Assembly (NCBI GenBank): GCA_025603075.1
Contig: MU626347.1
Span: 19,492-83,491 of the forward strand
Origin: Neoconidiobolus thromboides FSU 785
Taxonomy: Eukaryota > Fungi > Entomophthoromycota
Direction of reading: 5' to 3'
DNA: 64,000 nt
Positions 52,268-64,000 of this stretch are shown piece by piece. Made by a program: the position numbers and the translations under genes. The first letter of the stretch is position 1; the number at the start of each line of letters is the position of its first letter. Under the pieces are notes generated by a model that was given only the letters and a program-made list of their open reading frames with translations, made no database searches and was not told the DNA's origin.

Positions 52268-54238
52268 TCAATACAACAACTCATATAATATTGTATCTAT
52301 TACACCAAGTCCTTTTTCAGTTGGAACTAAATAAGGGTGACCATTGAAAGAATAATATTTTAAGAACTCCTCTTTAATAAAAACATTCAGTTTGTCCATT
52401 ATTAAAATCTAGAAATGTTAATTCTTTTAAAATATTTAATTATGCATGAAGTACCTCATCTAAAGATAGCGTCGAGTTTGGAATATTTTTATTCAAAATG
52501 GTAAGAATTTCTTTTAACTCATCCATATTGACACCCTTCTTTGTTCTTAAACCCAGCACAATTCTCTCCTATTTTTTTAAATACGTATTTATCATTACTG
52601 TTTAACTTGTTTACTTTGATAATATCCCCAGGAGATAGTATTTCAGTTTTAGCAACTCTTAATAATAATGTTAAATAATATAAGTACAAGTGTTAAAAAT
52701 ACCCATTTCCGAGTAACTCACATTGATTTAGCCATAAGTTAGGCGATAATATCTTTTATAAATTAATTATTATTTAAATGAGATTTTATATATATTATCG
52801 TTACTCGGTAAGTACTCATTCTATACTCCAAACTATTGCTTCCAGTAACTCTACCATGTGCACCAGGTCCAATCCCTATTAAATTAGCATACAAAATTAT
52901 TTGAACTTATTTGTTACCAATGTAATCCATCCCGCTCCAATAACCCATGTTATGCTTTCCATAATATTGCTTTTTACTATAACTTGATACTTCATAATGT
53001 TCATATTCATATTTGTTCATTATCTTAAAATATAAATTACAATAAAAGTATATTATTTAATATTTACATCAATTGTATCATAATACATATCTTCCAAAAT
53101 TACAGATTTTGGAAGTGGAAGTTTATTTTGCTTATCTAATTTATAAAAACTACAAACTTAATAAATATAGTACCAAATAATAAAATTTACGGTGTTCCTG
53201 CCTCTATCATTAGTTGGTATATTGATATATGATTACCGCCAAACGATAATACACTTTTTAACTCTTGTCTCCACTTTTCAATAGTTTGCTCAGGTCTTCC
53301 AAAGATCATATCAAAAGTAAAATTATCAAATAACTTTGAAGTTATTTCTAGTGCCTTTAATCCACCTTTAGCATCATGATCTCGCCCCATCATTTTTAAA
53401 TCTTTATCATCAATAGACTATAAAGTTAATTTTAAATATCACTTTTAGTAAAAATAAGTACTTGTAATCCTAATGACATTCTATTTATACCAATAAATTT
53501 AAACTCTTTTAATTTATCCATTTCCATAGACTAGCAACGTTTTAGCTATATTAAATATAAAATAAACTACACAATACTGTTGGATTTCCCTTAAATAATT
53601 ATTTAAAACATTTATAACTAAATACGAGTATTTACCTCGATTGTTATTTCAGTGTTTTCATCTATCTTACATTCTTTATCTATGTATTTTAAAATCGCTT
53701 CAAAAGTTGAAGGCTATATATTTTTTGATAATAAAACACTGTTTCATGTTATGTAAAAATATTTACTTCAGCCAAAGCTATAAAATATTACTAAATCTAC
53801 TTAGAAAAAATAAAATATACTTGGTGTGCCTCCTAAACAAATATTTATTAACTACCCCATTTAATATTATAAAGATTACCTCCAAAATATACTGAATTTA
53901 TCCTCTTTCCTTTATAATTTTTTAATTCGTGTTTTAATTCTATCAAATAGGCATTTTTGTATCTTTGGTGATTCAAACTCTTTGGATTGACATACTTATT
54001 AAAGCTACAGTATGAGCATTTACTATCAGAAATAGATTAATTTCGTCTTGAATTTAGGTTTTTCTTTACCTTTCACAGTATGGCCAATGTATGTAAATAG
54101 CAACTTTATCTAAAATATTGATTAAATCCCTACTTAACTTCTATATTTTATACCTTTATCAATTAGTGTTTTAATGTTTCGTTTATCTAAAGCTATACAT
54201 ACTTTATTCTTTGATCTTTTAATTAAATTTAAAAGCAT
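52268..54238 (-). CDS. RSAD1: Radical SAM heme chaperone HemW/RSAD1-like (multi-exon)
   Basis: Spliced [20 protein letters not shown] (CxxxCxxC), FDMIFGRPEQT, NHISIYQL, YEVSS, HNMGYW, GIGPGAHG. Confidence 0.88.
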
Positions 54239-54255
54239 AATGAAAACGGTTTAAT

Positions 54256-54359
54256 ATTAGGAAGTGTTTTTTTAGTTTCATCACTTTTTTATTTTTTAAG
54301 TGCTGTTTCACTGGAAAGGCTATCAGTAAAACTCTTAAACAAAAAAATACATCTCCATT
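54256..54359 (-). mobile_element. MITE-like element, copy 10, immediately upstream of the RSAD1 start codon
   Basis: TTAGGAAGTGTTTTTTTAGTTTCATCAC...AAGTGCTGTTTCACTGGAAAGG...CTTAAACAAAAAAATACATCTCCAT. Confidence 0.8.
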
Positions 54360-54502
54360 ATTTAATTCCTTAGTTAGTGTTAATTTTTAATAATTATTTA
54401 AATGATAAAAATATTTGAAGCTATTAAATGCTCTAATTTGCTAAAAATGCTTTAAATAATCATTTAATAATAATATTTAAAAGTATTATTTTATTTAGAA
54501 CT

Positions 54503-55355
54503 TTAATGTATATCAGAAGGAACTAATACTTCAGAAGGCAGTGAAACATTAGCAAAATTAATGAGTTGAAAGAATCCAAACATTGATCCATTTTTGAGTT
54601 CTTGAGCTTCTTCTGAATTTGGCCATAATTTGGGAATTACCCATTTGCTAATTCGGAAACATACTGTTATCCATGTCAATGTACTAACGGTGCCTATATA
54701 ATAAGCTGTCAATAATAAGTTTATAAAACAAAAAATAGTATATAAAGTACCTAAATAAGAGTTTGGTAGAGCTGCAAAGTATTCCAATGGTCCAAGAAGA
54801 CCAATAGGTAATGAAAAAGTTGGAACTGATTTATAAAGTATTGACCATACTATTAAGATTCCATACATTAAAATATAAATTGCTAACTTTAAAGAGCCTT
54901 GAAATATACTCATTTCATACGTTAGATTTTTTTCTAAATTACAAAGCTTATAATATTTTAAATATAAAACCTAATTTACTTACTAGCTTCATGGTGCTCT
55001 TTTCTATATTTTTCTACTTTTCTACTTACTTTAGCCCATTTAGCAAATTCTTCCTAATCTAATTAGATTACAGATATTAAAGTATATAAAATAAAACCTT
55101 TGAATTGATTTTTGATTCTTCTTTTGTTGCTTCTTTAATAGCTTTAACGTATTTACAGCAGGTACGGTATTTTTTCCATTTAAATGTTTTAGCAACGAAT
55201 ACATATGTCTAATTAATAATTAAATAAAGCTGAATTATTAAAAATAAAAAATAAACCTTATTAGTTATGCGAGATATCTTAAAAATCCTTAAAAACTCCA
55301 CCAAGAAAGTCAGTATAAGGACCCATACTACAAATGATAAATCTATGTAAAACAT
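54503..55355 (-). CDS. GET1: Guided entry of tail-anchored proteins 1 (GET1/WRB)
   Basis: N-terminal TM (MFYIDLSFVVWVLILTFLVEFL), coiled coil with EEFAKWAKVSRKVEK, then TM helices with a P-containing loop. Confidence 0.85.
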
Positions 55356-55833
55356 TTGAGATATAAAAGTAAACCCTTTCTTAATTTTGAAGTTGTCTAT
55401 AAAATTTTATAGATTTTTATAAAATTTCGCAAATCAAGTCTAAAATTTTATTTATTATATTTTATTGTACTATCTTATATTAATTATACTATGACTATAT
55501 TATAGTTATATAAAAATAGTTAATTATATATCAAATTAAAGTTAATTTTATTATACTTTATTAAAATTCAAATTAACATTAAAATCACTTGAAGGTAATG
55601 ACAGCATGACTAATACTATTTCAGTTTAAGCCTTAATTAACTTATATAATTGAAACTGAAAGGTCATTTAGCCGTAAATTAAATTGCTAGAAATAAATTT
55701 GCTAATTAAATTATGCAACCTAATTATTTTTAATTTATTACATTAACTATTCACATTTACTTTGATACAAAATCAAGGTGAATGTTAAATCAAATATATT
55801 ACATTTTTATATTATAAAAGTAATTATTCAGAG

Positions 55834-57436
55834 ATGACTAGAAATACAATGGAAGCAAGTCTAAAAGATAACGATCCTCTTCGTTTAGCTTTTGATACAT
55901 TAGATAAAGATAAAGATGGGAAAATAGATTGTATTGATTTGCTAAATTCGTATTCAAAATTAGCTGATTCCATTATAGAACAACAAGATGAGGTATTTTA
56001 TTAGTTTTTTAATCTAACATTAAATCTTTACTAATTTTATTAAATAAGTTAGCATTAAATAATTTCATATTATCAAAAGTTGGTTGTAATACTTTGAATT
56101 TTGATCAATTTTGTCAGTTATTAGATACTTATGGTGTTCAAATAATTCCAGAAAGTTTAAATGAAAAATATTCATTCCTAGATTCAAATATTGCTGGTTT
56201 ATTAAGAGATCTTGCTTTAAATGATGCGATTAAAAGTAATTATTTTAAATATATGTATTTGATGATATTAAATTATAAATAGCAAAACCAATAAAAGAAC
56301 CTAAAAAAGAAAATAAATTAATAAGTGATGTTAATTTAAATACTTTAAAGCACTTAGTGGCTGGTGGTATAGCTGGTGGAGTTTCACGTACAGTAGTCAG
56401 TCCTTTTGAAAGAATGAAAATTTTATTTCAAGTAAATCTAATTTATCTGCTTAATATATATATATTTATAAGTATTCTAGGTACAAGGTAATAATACAAT
56501 GGGGTATAATTCTGTTTGGGGAACATTAAGTAAAATATGGAGAGAAGAAGGATTTGTTGGTTTTATGCGTGGTAATGGTACTAACGTTATTAGGATAGTG
56601 CCGTATAGTGCAGTTCAATTTGCATCCTATGAAAAATTTAAACTTGTAAGTATCAAGCATTGTAATTTAATACTAAAACTAATGTTTGATTAGCTTTTGC
56701 TCGCTCCAGGCGCAAGTGAGCTAGATACTACAAGAAGATTAACAGCTGGTGCATTAGCAGGAATCACCTCGGTGATCTTTACATATCCTCTTGATGTTGT
56801 TAGGACTAGGTTGAGTATTCAAAGTATAAATATTCCAGTTACTAAAACATCAAACACAACTCCAAAACCAGTAAGTGCTTCAAATGTGATCTCTCCAGTC
56901 AGAACACATACAACAAAAACGACCAATCCTCAGAAATTACCAGGTATATGGGGAACGCTTACAAGCATGTATATGAAAGAAGGGGGCGTAAGAGCCTTAT
57001 ATCAAGGATTAGGACCAACTTTAATGGTAACACTATTTCATTTATTCTAATAAGTACTCATCTATTAAAGGGAGTCGCTCCATACGTTGCATTGAATTTC
57101 CAATCCTATGAAGTATTAAGAGCCTATTTTACACCACCTGGTGAAACGAGTCCTTCGGGAGTAAGTAAACTTATTTGTGGTGCACTTGCTGGGACTATTG
57201 CTCAAACCTTCACTTATCCACTTGATGTCTTACGCCGTCGTATGCAAGTTAATGGTTTAAGCGATATGCTTGGTTATAAATACCGTAATACTTGGCATGC
57301 CGTTACTGAGATTGTTAAGAGTGAAGGGATCAAAGGACTATATAAAGGAATGATTCCTAATTATCTAAAAGTAGCCCCGGCAATTGGTGTTAGTTTTTAC
57401 ACTTACGAGATATGTAAGAATGTTATGAACTGCTAA
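55834..57436 (+). CDS. Mitochondrial carrier (YPR011C/SLC25A42-like adenine nucleotide/CoA group) with N-terminal EF-hand region, 6 exons
   Basis: [20 protein letters not shown]-hand, then [76 protein letters not shown]. Confidence 0.88.
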
Positions 57437-58255
57437 TTTGTAGGATTAAATATTTACCTTTTCAAGAAAAAGTGAGCTCTAATTTTATATTTTATCCTTT
57501 AAATTATATATGATATATTATAATACACTGATAGATATAAAATAACTAACTTTTATTGAATAAATTAGAATATATAGAATATGATACATTTAACATTTTA
57601 AATATATTTGTTAGACTAAAAAGTATCAATTTAATGAAGATGAGCCTATTTTTGAACTCACTTGAATTATAAAAATTACAAAGTTTAATTAATATATACT
57701 TTAACCTAAATTTGCTTACGTTGATGGAAATGCTATTATGAAATCAAATTCGCATAAAATAACTCATTTTAAATTGAATTAAATTCATAATAAAATAATA
57801 ATTTATACTTTGAAATGGTACCATCAATATTCTTTTTCATTAAAGAATTTAATAAAATTCTTAACTTTACAAATTTATTCCAAGAACGATTTAAAAAATT
57901 TGCTTATAAAAAATTTTCATTTTAACTGGGGCTTGAGGATATAATGTTGCTATTAAAGTATACTGACCTCGAAAATATTAAACGTGTATCAAATCCGCTT
58001 TCTTTATTATTAAAATTATTCTTTGAATTTTTTTGAAGGTAGAATAAAATTACTGTATAAACTTTTTTATTGAATACATTAAAAAGATTCTTTTCAACCA
58101 ATAACGACTCTTTAAAAAAAAGCTAAAAAATTAAGTTAATTAATTCAGTATTATAAAAAATAAATCATTCAAATCATTTATGTATACTTGTACTTCTATT
58201 TATTTGATGTTCTTTAATTAGAGAATTCATTCAAAGCCATTTTATTAATTTATAA

Positions 58256-59651
<1,396 letters not shown>

Positions 59652-60116
59652 TTTAAAAGAGGTATGTTTTTTGGGGTACTTTAAATAATTGAATATTCTT
59701 TATTTCGAAGCTGCATATTTTAAGCAATTAATATTTTGCATAATATTTTGCATAATACTTCGAGAATAATTTGAAATAGTCACTGCCTTCAAATAGAAAA
59801 GCAAAGCTATTCCAAATGTATTAAACTAATAATAATTTGTATGTTTTAAATTGTCTTAACTATGTACGTTACAGTTTTAAGGTTTTACTCTAAATATCAA
59901 TAATGTATAATGGTATTCGTTTTTAAATAAAGCTATATGTTAAAAAATTAAATACTTTTAATAATGTTAAATTTTCATCTATAAATAATAATATAGTATT
60001 GCTCTAACTTTTTAAAGTATTTATTGTGTTTTAGAATGATATTATTAGATAGTATCGTATTATCTAATAATAAATAAGGCATATCAAAATAGGATATGAC
60101 GCCATTTTTAACGACT

Positions 60117-61592
60117 TTATTTTCGAATAGTCATCTTGGCTTGTTGTTTTTTAGTTTTCTTCTTAGCTTCTTTTTCTTCCAACTTACGTTGTGCGGCAGG
60201 TGAGAGAGATTCACGGCTTTCAAGCTCCTTACGACGTTTTTGGTTGAGTCTTTCTTCTAACTCTTCTTTTTGACGCTCGCGTTCTTCTTTAAGTAAACTT
60301 GAATAGGCCTCTTCACGATTTTTTAACAACTTAGCTTTTAAATCAGATCTAAAGTCTATAGTAGAAACAGAATCAACTATATGCAATAAAAGACGATGTA
60401 ATGAAGCAAGTTGTTCACTGTTATTAAAACGATATTTGAAAGTGATGGTATGGTTGGTTTGGATAGGTAAAGATTCTGGTTGTATACGTGGTTGGTCTGA
60501 AATGACAAATCCCTCAAATCCCTGCTTAATTTCCTTAAGTTTAGAAATTAACTGAGTAGTAAGGATTGCACGAGTTATGTCGCCATGCTCAGATAAAACA
60601 ACAAGACCTTCGGGTAAGGAGGGATCATTAGATTGTTTAGTGAAATAGTTCTAATAAAGTCAAACTTGCTATGCTATAGATAAATATAGTCTTACCACAT
60701 CGTTTCTTTCTTTTCTTAATCCATTAGATAAATTTCTGGGAACAACACCAAACACGCCATTGAAAGTAGATTCTGGAAGTTGAACTTGGATTTCAACATG
60801 ATCATATACTGGTTGATATAGAGAATAAATCATTCTAAATACGTCATGTCTTGGATATAGCTAAAACAAAATACATTATTAGCCGAAAACCTTTGATTGA
60901 AAAAATGTTACTTGAAGTCTACCAAAAACAAAGTTACAATTAGCTCTACCAGTTGCATAAAAGATAAAATCGCTTGCACCGTTACGCATGAGGAAGAAGC
61001 CGCGATCATCTCCAAGGATAGAAAATTGCTGAGTGAAATATTCTATTGAACCTTTTAACCTAGATCTAATTTTAGTACAAAATAAACTATATTATGTCTT
61101 TATTTACCATTTTTTTGCCAACTTTTCATTTTGCCCACTTCCTAACAAGTAAACTGCGTAATAACTTGACAGCGCTAATGCCAATATACATTCAATCCAA
61201 TAATCAGCCCAATTGATATGGGCTAAAATAATTAGCCTTACTGTCTTTATAAAATCTAAATAATATACCTAAATTTTCCCAGATTGATTTTTGAGCGTTT
61301 TGGTTTCCTTCTACCTTTGCTTTCTTTGGGAATGAAAATGGGCTTGCTTTACTCTCTGTGGGGTTTTCGGTATTCTCTGAGCTACTTTTCGTTTCAACTT
61401 TGACACTTAAAGTATTAGTAAGGTCATCGTCTTCATAAGTATCTTCTTCAATTTCTATCCATAAAACATTGATATTAAATAAAAATAAATTTATTATATA
61501 GTACCTTTTTCTGAGGAGGGACTACTTTGAGTAACTTTACTAATAAATAGTGTACAAAGGATGAGTAACAATAGCTTTTTTGTTATATTCAT
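60117..61592 (-). CDS. CCDC47: PAT complex subunit CCDC47 (DUF1682), multi-exon
   Basis: Signal peptide; YASGRANC, PRHD motif; Lys/Glu/Arg-rich coiled-coil tail ending ...KKQQAKMTIRK. Confidence 0.82.
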
Positions 61593-61949
61593 TTATAAAA
61601 GTAAAACCGAAATAAAAAATCTGTAATTTGTATTTATTTAAAAATGCAACCAATAAAATAAGAATTGGTTTCATTTTTCGAGTGGCGATTTTTTAGTGTA
61701 TAGGAAAAAAAGTAATGGATGTTTCACAGCTGCTTCAACTCTAGTGTGACTTAATTTGCGGTGATTTTTAGAGCCAGCTTTTACTTAATTTTTTTTAAAA
61801 CCTAAACTTATAAATTTAAACTAATTTTAACAAAATTTTATTACTAAATAAACTGTAAGTAAGTTGAAATAGAGTAGTAGCAGCAGCGTTTTAATATTTA
61901 TTTTTATCAGCTAAAATAAAGGGTTTTACTAGGTTCTCCAATAAAATAA

Positions 61950-62049
61950 CAGGGGTGTATTTTTTGTTTAAGAGTTTTATTAGCAATCTTTCGGCTCAAA
62001 TAGCACTTAAAAAATGGAAAAAGTACTGAAACCAAGAAAAATATTCATA
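61950..62049 (+). mobile_element. MITE-like element, copy 11
   Basis: CAGGGGTGTATTTTTTGTTTAAGAG...CTTTCGGCTCAAATAGCACTTAAAAAATGGAAAAAGTACTGAAACC. Confidence 0.8.
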
Positions 62050-62247
62050 TAGTGTTAAAAAAATATTATTTATTAATTAAACTATTAAAAGTACATTTAA
62101 TTCTTATTTAAAAATCAAATTAAAAACACCCAAAAGAAAAGATTTTGGCTGTAATTTAATTAGCTAGATATATTTTAAACTAAGATTATGTTAACAACCA
62201 TAAATTAAAATTAGGTTTGTTAATCAATATTCTAAATTTAATTTAAA

Positions 62248-62352
62248 TAAGGGGATACTTTGTTGTGTTTAGGAATTCTATTAACAACCTTTTCATTCAA
62301 ATAGTGCTTAAAAAATGGAAAAAAAATGAAATAAAAAAAAAACATTACTATA
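62248..62352 (+). mobile_element. MITE-like element, copy 12
   Basis: TAAGGGGATACTTTG...CTTTTCATTCAAATAGTGCTTAAAAAATGGAAAAAAAATGAAATAAAAAAAAAACATT. Confidence 0.75.
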
Positions 62353-62392
62353 TAGTCTAAAACATTAAAAAACTTAGATTGTATTAAGATAA

Positions 62393-62495
62393 TATGGAGA
62401 TATATACTTTTATTTTTTCTATTTTTTGAGCACTATTTGAGCAGAAATTTTATTACGAATTCTTAAACAATGAAACCAAAAAAAACATCTTCATA
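62393..62495 (-). mobile_element. MITE-like element, copy 13 (rearranged/degenerate)
   Basis: TATGGAGAT...TTTGAGCACTATTTGAGCAGAAATTTTATTACGAATTCTTAAAC...AAAAAAACATCTTCATA. Confidence 0.7.
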
Positions 62496-62750
62496 TATAT
62501 TATGCCTTTAGAAAAAAATGAATAAAGACTTCAAAAAAACTACTGCTGAAGATGTTTTTTATTTTAATACTTATAATAAGCACTTATAATAACTATTATC
62601 ATGCTTTATATATAGCCATCTAATTAAAATATAAATGTGAAATATGAAATAAAGCAAAGTTGACAAAATTTAGTTTTGAAGTTTCTTGCTTTTTTATAAA
62701 GTTTTTATAAACTTTATAGCTAATAATATTATTAACTTTTTAATTAAACT

Positions 62751-63825
62751 TTGTAAAATATTGGTTTGTCAGCCCCATGGTTAATTATAGCATAACAATC
62801 GCCTAAGCTATTGTGTTCTCAAGTTTAGAGACAATCAATCTCAGGTTCTTAGTTTGATTTGCTATAAGAATTTCTAGCTTCATCCCAAGGAATATGATCT
62901 TCTCATTTTGATACTTGGATTTATCAGAGTATAAAAGAGATTTTAGAGTATAGTAGCTTAAGGCCTTTTAACTAGATTATTCTCTGATATCTCAAACATT
63001 TAATAAAACCAATAAATTATCTTAATAGTATTTCACGTAGATTTTACATTAGTATTGTCTATTCTATTTGTCTTATATAGCTTGTAACCTATTACGTGGT
63101 ATTCCTCATAATCCAAGTCTATCTTAGTTACATAAACTAAGACCTTTCGACTTATAGTGTAGTCAACCCAGCAATAGCTGTTCCTGACTCCGAACCCTGA
63201 GTACCAGATTTCACACAGGCAATAACTGTTTTTAACTCCAATCACTAAGTACCAGATTTCACAGCCTTTATATTTTTTTGCAGTTTTTATTAAATAGTTA
63301 TTAAAACAACAATAATATTACCTTTTTAAATAAATTCTATCTTGATAAATCAAATGAGTTGTGAAACCTGGTACTCAGTAATTGGAGTCAAAAACAGCTA
63401 TTGTCTGGTTGACTACACTATAAGTCGAAAGGTCTTAGTTTATGTGGCTAAAATAGACTTGAATTATGAAGAATAGCACGTAATAGGCTACAGACTATGT
63501 AAAACAAGCACAATAGACAATACTAATGTAAAATCTACGTGAAATACTATTAAGATAATTTATTGGTTTTATTAAATGTTTGAGATATCAGAGAATAATC
63601 TAGTTAAAAGGCCTTAAGCTACTATACTCTAAAATCTCTTTTATACTCTGATAAATCCAAGTATCAAAATGAGAAGATCATATTCCTTGGGATGAAGCTA
63701 GAAATTCTTATAGCAAATCAAACTAAGAACCTGAGATTGATTGTCTCTAAACTTGAGAACACAATAGCTTAGGCGATTGTTATGCTATAATTAACCATGA
63801 GACTGACAAAGCGATATTTCACACA
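62751..63825. repeat. ~1.05-kb long inverted repeat (foldback); arms ~62751-63263 and ~63359-63825; ~95-bp spacer
   Basis: 62776-63063 is the exact reverse complement of 63512-63799 (288 bp, compared block by block). The outer and inner parts of the arms are homologous but visibly diverged. Confidence 0.95.
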
Positions 63826-64000
63826 ATTAAAATAAGTTTTAAATAGAGAGATTTAACTTTAGGCCTTTTAGATTTAATCATCATATTAGACACAAATTTA
63901 AAATTTTAAAATTTGGATTAATTTCTAAGTAAATTCTGAAACCAATTAGGACAGCCCTAAATAGTTTATTTATTTGATAATAAGTATTTCTCAATTAAGC

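Noticed and set aside
56948-57070. Overlapping ORFs in the carrier gene suggesting a programmed frameshift
   Set aside because: Fully explained by a GT-AG intron at about 57028-57070
63033-63245. 70-aa ORF in the left foldback arm, with the same frame partly open in the right arm
   Set aside because: The right-arm copy has an internal stop, there is no recognisable domain, and the repeat in the peptide comes from the 48-bp duplication

Overview
Very AT-rich eukaryotic DNA with many short (~43-60 nt) GT-AG introns. It is fungal, and most consistent with an early-diverging lineage such as Entomophthoromycotina (Conidiobolus-like); this placement is inference, not a database result. Manual splicing gives about 25 protein-coding genes. 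Several are missing from or split in the ORF track: CENP-W, a CenH3/CENP-A-type histone, a voltage-sensor-only protein, an NDUFAF4-like protein, GET1 and RSAD1. Housekeeping genes include RPS9, an ENA-type P-ATPase, a DHX33/Dhr2 helicase, RTC3, CPSF100, an old yellow enzyme, an acyl-CoA ligase, NOP12, ValRS, NDUFS6, a mitochondrial carrier, HMT1 and CCDC47. Non-genic structure: 13 copies of a ~105-bp hairpin MITE-like element and a ~1.05-kb foldback whose arms share a perfect 288-bp core. The most interesting candidates are: (1) the foldback; (2) three clustered small secreted proteins sharing an N-I-x-I-x-N-x-[VI]-x-V motif followed by Asp/Tyr-rich segments; (3) a convergent CENP-W/CenH3 pair, with phased CCAAT boxes and an MCB site upstream of CenH3; (4) an Hv1-like protein lacking the canonical proton-channel residues; (5) a BRAT1-like gene next to an intronless 1396-aa helical-repeat/BTB gene. 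No rRNA, convincing tRNA or CRISPR array was seen. All homology calls come from motif recognition by eye.
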